Shown: positions 59,856 through 64,000 of the stretch, in pieces
Position numbering within the stretch: position 1 is the first letter of the stretch
Layout: each line of letters begins with the position of its first letter
Assembly (NCBI RefSeq): GCF_009834535.1
Contig: NC_045697.1
Location: forward strand, 109,432,001-109,496,000
Length of the DNA: 64,000 bases
Direction of reading: 5' to 3'
From: Camelus ferus
Lineage: Eukaryota
Translations under genes and position numbers: made by a program
The notes under the pieces: model-generated
What the model was told of the DNA's origin: nothing
The model's database searches: none
What the model saw: the letters and a program-made list of their open reading frames with translations, nothing else

Positions 59856-61029
59856 GTGGTTCTTTTACGAAGAAAATCTAGTTTATACTTTTTAAGGGAC
59901 ACTTTTTTTTTCTTGGTGGGGATGCTTCCTCCTGAAGCCTGTTGCAGAATCATCCTATTTCTCAGAAAGCGTTTGTTTTCAGACATCAGATGTATTTTCA
60001 TGTTCCAAGGGTTACCAGCTTTCCTAATTTTTGGACCCAAGCTCATGAATTAGGTTTTAGTGACCAGGTTCATCTAACTACTGGTTGGAACCTTTTCAGC
60101 TTTGAGTGATAGATTCCAGTGGAAAGGAATTGATCAGTTCACATGACCTGGAAGAAGGAGGGCTGTCGGCTTCAGGAGGAAGCGGAGTCAGGGATTCTCT
60201 CTCCATCCCTTAGATCTTTTATCCCCGTGTTGGTGACATTCACCCTCAAGATAGCGGGGGGACTGGGGGTGGGAGTGGGGGACAGTCTGCTCCCACTGGT
60301 GCTTGAACCCGGGATGCAGTTCAGGGAGCAGGAGCGAGGTCATCAGGTGCCGGACCTCACCTGAGCTGCCTGTTTTTGGGTACCTGCCGTTTGTAAATAT
60401 TACAGATTTTGACTTATTTCTTCATTCTGGAATCGTGAATCCACACATTCAAGCAGTTGAACCATCTCAGGCATGTTGCAGTAACAGATGCTGCTGATTG
60501 GGGTGGTCGGTCAGAGGATTTGAACCGGCTCGGGCCTGGGGGCTGCTTTCCAAAGAAAGACCGTCCCCAGGCAGGCAGCAGCAGACAGGGTCTCTTCTTA
60601 TGGCTCTAACTTACTTTATCCACACGTTTCAGTGCCGTATTTTTCTCAGTAGACTCAATAGCCTCTCTGTTTTTTAATTTCTTAGTTTTCTCAGCATGTT
60701 TTAAACAACTACAGCATTTGCAATTTAGCAAGTCACTCTATACCCTTGACATGACTAGACCTGACTTTTTCTAAGGTGAATAAAAAATATAACTTAACCG
60801 GACATTGGTTTTTAAAACTGTTCTATACATTGTTTGTGACCCCTTTTTTAAAAAAAATTAGATTTGGTAAAGATTTATATTGAAACTTGGGAAACCTTTT
60901 TCCATGACATTTCCTGTGGTTTCTGATATATTATGGTGAGGCTGACTTTATACTCAATAACTGAAAAGATATTCTGAGGCCTGAATTGTGATTTTATAAA
61001 TCCGTGACGCTAGTTGAGAAGTTTTTCTC

Positions 61030-62290
61030 CTATTCAGCAAATCGTATTGAGCCACTGTTCTCTAAATGCTTGGGACACGTTGGCACACAAAATTGGCACA
61101 CGAGACCAAAATCCCTGTCCCAGTGGGGCTTATAATCTAATAAAATATGAGAAAGAGACAGCAAACCTCAGTATAATAAACAACTACAGTTTTGGACCAA
61201 ATATGCCACACTGATGAGGGATGTTGAGGGTAGGGGAGTATATATGGGTGGGTGGGGAGGGCTATGTGGGAACTCTGTGGGAACAGAGTTCACAGAAAGG
61301 AATTTTCTGCTCAATTTTGTTGTGAACCTGAAACTGCTCTAAAAGAATAAACTCTATTTAAAAAAAGCGCAAAAAAAAACCCCTACATTTTTGGATGTTT
61401 GACGGTGTTACATCGAATGGAGAAAGTTGAAAAATGGGGCAAGGAAAAAGAGGGTGAGGATTGTGGGCTGGGGGCTGTCATTCTAAGCAGACGGGGTGTC
61501 TAGGCTCGTTCAAAGAGTGAGATTTTACAAAGATTTGGAGGAGGTGAGGGAGTTCACCGTGGGAGAAGAATGTTCCAGACTAAACAGTAAGTGCAGAAGC
61601 CTTTAAAGAGGGAATTAATGCCTGGAGTGTTCAGAGCAGCGGGAGCTGACCAACTGTGTCCCAGGGAGGGGAGGGGACTGAAGGTGGTGCGGTCACTGGG
61701 GAGAGTGTGCTGTGGGGTTCATGTGAGACCTGTGAAATGGGGAGTTATAGTGGAGTCTCAGCACAGCAGTGATGTGGTCTGAGTTAGGTTCAGGCAGGCC
61801 ATCCTGGCTGGTGTTGACCTAAACTGTGAGGAAACCACGTGAGGCCACTGCAGTCAGTAGTCAACAGACGGAGAGATCCTGGTACCCGGGCCAGGGCGGA
61901 GGTGGGGAAGGTGGTGAGGGCCTGGATATGTTTTGAATGCAGAGCTCCCAAGCTCCCCAGTAGACTGATGTGGAGTGCAAGGCAGAGAGCAGTCAAGGAT
62001 GATTCCAAGGGTGTTGGCTTCAGCAGCTGAAGGTGAAGAGTAAGGTGGGGTAAGGGGAAGAGTTTTGTTTTAAACTTAGTTTTTGAATGTCTTCTAGACT
62101 TCCCAGTAGACCTGTAGGAGTGCTGGAATTGGAGAGAGGGCTGGGCCCAAGATGTGGGATTTGAAGACTGTATCAGATCAGTGAGTGAACGGTTGTAGAT
62201 GGGAAAGGAGGAAGCCTGGGGCTGGATGGAGCCCAGGGGTCTCTGTGGAGAGAGGTGGGGGAGGAGGAGCCCAGAGAGTCAGGGAAGTGG
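61030..62290 (-). mobile_element. L2 LINE (~1.2 kb) interrupted by an L1 tail
   Basis: attcagcaaatcgtattgagc 3' end; aatgttccagac...gtgcagaagcc; gcagtcaaggatgattccaagg. Confidence 0.8.
61197..61378 (+). mobile_element. L1MC-type 3' terminus, sense
   Basis: ttctgctcaattttgttgtgaacctgaaactgctctaaaagaataaa...(A)n; degenerate TSD ctaca(g/t)ttttgga. Confidence 0.8.
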
Positions 62291-62324
62291 AGCAAAGTAA
62301 CAAGAAGTGTTTGGGAATTGAAAA

Positions 62325-62930
62325 TTTAAAAAAAATTGAAGTATAGTTATTTATAATGTTGTGTTAGTTTCTGGTGTACAGCGATTCAGGTATACATATA
62401 TATAGTCTTAAATTTTTTTCCTTTTTTTGGCGGAGGGGAGAGAGAATTTATTTATTTTATTTTATTTAGTTGTCTAAAAAAATTTTTAAAGGAGGTACAG
62501 GGGATTGAACCCAGGACCTTGTGCATACAAAGCACACACTTTACCACTGAGCTATACCCTCCCCCATATATGTATTATTTTTCATATTCTTTTTCATTAT
62601 AGGTTATGGAAGATATTGACTTCAGTTTCTTGTGCTATACAGTAGAAAATTATTGTTTATTTATCTTATGTATAATAGTTTGTATCTGCTAATCCCAAAC
62701 TCCTAAGTTATCCCTTCCCCTCTTCCCCTTTGGTAACCAGAAGTTTGTTTTCTATGTTTGTGAGTCTGTTTCTGTTTTATAAATAGGTTCATTTGTATCA
62801 TTTTTTTTAGGTTCCACATATAAGGGATATTATGTGATATTTGTTTTTCTCTGTCTGGTTTACTTCACTTAGTATGATCATCTCCATGTCCATCCACGTT
62901 GCTGCAAATGGCATGATTCCATTCTTTTAC
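62325..62930 (-). mobile_element. L1 3' end with nested SINE
   Basis: attgaagtatagttatttataatgttgtgttagtttctggtgtacagc...; degenerate TSD gggaattgaaaattt / gggaattggaacttt. Confidence 0.9.
62413..62565 (-). mobile_element. tRNA-derived camelid SINE nested in L1
   Basis: ggaggtacaggggattgaacccaggacc...ctgagctataccctccccc. Confidence 0.9.
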
Positions 62931-63172
62931 CTTGAGGAGTGGTAGGGAATTGGAACTTTTGTTACCTTTTAAATAACTTATAAATGTGGAAATGTGTTAC
63001 TTGAATCAATCAAAAGAAATAATTACAAGTTGTATGTAAGATGAATGTACCTTCCTCTTACTCTTGAGTTTTCTGAAGGCACATACCTCTGAAAAGTGTT
63101 AATATTTTCAAAGATATTGAACCACTAGACAGTTTCAGAAAATCGGCAGCAGGGTGGAGGGAAGCGTTACCC

Positions 63173-63215
63173 GTCCCCGTCCCTGTCCCTCCCCCCCCCC
63201 CCCCCCCGACCCCGC
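63173..63215. repeat. Poly(C)/C-rich tract
   Basis: cgtccccgtccctgtccct followed by a run of about 17 C. Confidence 0.85.
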
Positions 63216-64000
63216 TCCTAACATTGCCGGTCCGTGTTTTGGTAATTGCCTCCTCGCTTTCCTCTGTGTGTTTTTAGTTGTCATCGCGCTGCACATGCCC
63301 GTCTTGTTTCCCTGTATTTACTTGTTGGCAGCTTTCCCCGCCACGTTGCTATTATTATCTTCACAACTCGGTCTTTACTGGAGAGCTCTACTTGTTTTGC
63401 AATCGCTGTTCACTGATAAAACCTGACCCTTGCCTTGCCCTCCCTGCTCTGCTGGGCCCTGGAGCCGGGGCCGGCTTCACACTTGGTCTGAGAATGCGGG
63501 AAGGAGAGAGCGAAGTGCTGGACGAGCAAGACCCGGGCTGGCCTGGCCGGTGGGAGGGGAACCAGCCTGCAGGGCCGCACAAAGGGAGGGCGGGCCTGTG
63601 CCCAGGGGCCTCTGTCCTGGGCCCTAGTGACCTCGGGGCCATTCTTTCTTCCGTGACATCTTCAGTGATTGCATTTCAGTGCCTCAAGGCTTTGAAAGAG
63701 AAATTACAATTTAAAAGGAAGACTCTTCATGCACTATTTGCATATGAGTGGCGTCTGTATAATTAAGAACAATTAAATTCTCTGGGCTGGATTGAAAGGG
63801 AGGCGCCTGCTACTCTTTCAAGTGGGGTGCACCTGGAGCTGGCGCTCCCTTGAAGTAGGTTGGAGCCATTCTGCCCACCTCCCCAGCTCTACCGCCCTCC
63901 CCAATAAATGAAATTCTGAAAGATTCTTCAGCCTTGTCCCGATTTGCTTCTGTAGTCTTTCCTATTGAACGTGAATCTTTACTATTTTGCTTTGATGCTG

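Larger units (their letters stand above)
1..64000 (+). other. TMEM131L: TMEM131L gene body (part of intron 1, exon 2, intron 2, exon 3, most of intron 3)
   Basis: Two exons with canonical splice sites join in frame to a peptide matching the N-terminal region of human TMEM131L as I recall it ([38 protein letters not shown]). The antisense bias of L1s fits + strand transcription. Confidence 0.93.

Noticed and set aside
3261..63997. Many TCF/LEF CTTTGAT sites across the window
   Set aside because: The count (about ten) is what base composition predicts for 64 kb, so there is no enrichment.
1..64000. CRISPR array, operon or prokaryote-type system; snoRNA or miRNA genes; TMEM131L exon 4
   Set aside because: No regularly spaced repeats or gene-dense block, no recognisable small-RNA gene, and no sequence encoding SFSDKLF...GLHFQPS was found by eye.

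Overview
Mammalian genomic DNA, most likely camelid (alpaca/llama/camel), judged from about ten copies of a tRNA-Ala-derived Vic-1-like SINE. The window lies inside TMEM131L (KIAA0922) on the + strand. It starts in the CpG island in intron 1, then contains coding exon 2 (323-393, 71 nt, [23 protein letters not shown]), a 9.2 kb intron 2, coding exon 3 (9632-9675, 44 nt, GDSEEDMEDHSQEQ) and more than 54 kb of intron 3. Exon 4 was not found in the window. The rest is intronic DNA rich in L1, L2, MIR, SINE, LTR and DNA-transposon fossils; the supplied ORFs are spurious or repeat-derived. I see no convincing new multi-gene system. The best leads are: a candidate alternative first exon plus 17-nt microexon near 54.2 kb; an orphan 3'UTR-like retro-insert with a ~75 bp flanking duplication; two perfect ISREs in intron 2; a STAT site created by tandem duplication inside a solo LTR; a tiny L1 insertion with an inversion; and candidate recursive/poison splice sites. 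Gene and repeat names come from remembered sequences, not from a search, and repeat boundaries are approximate.
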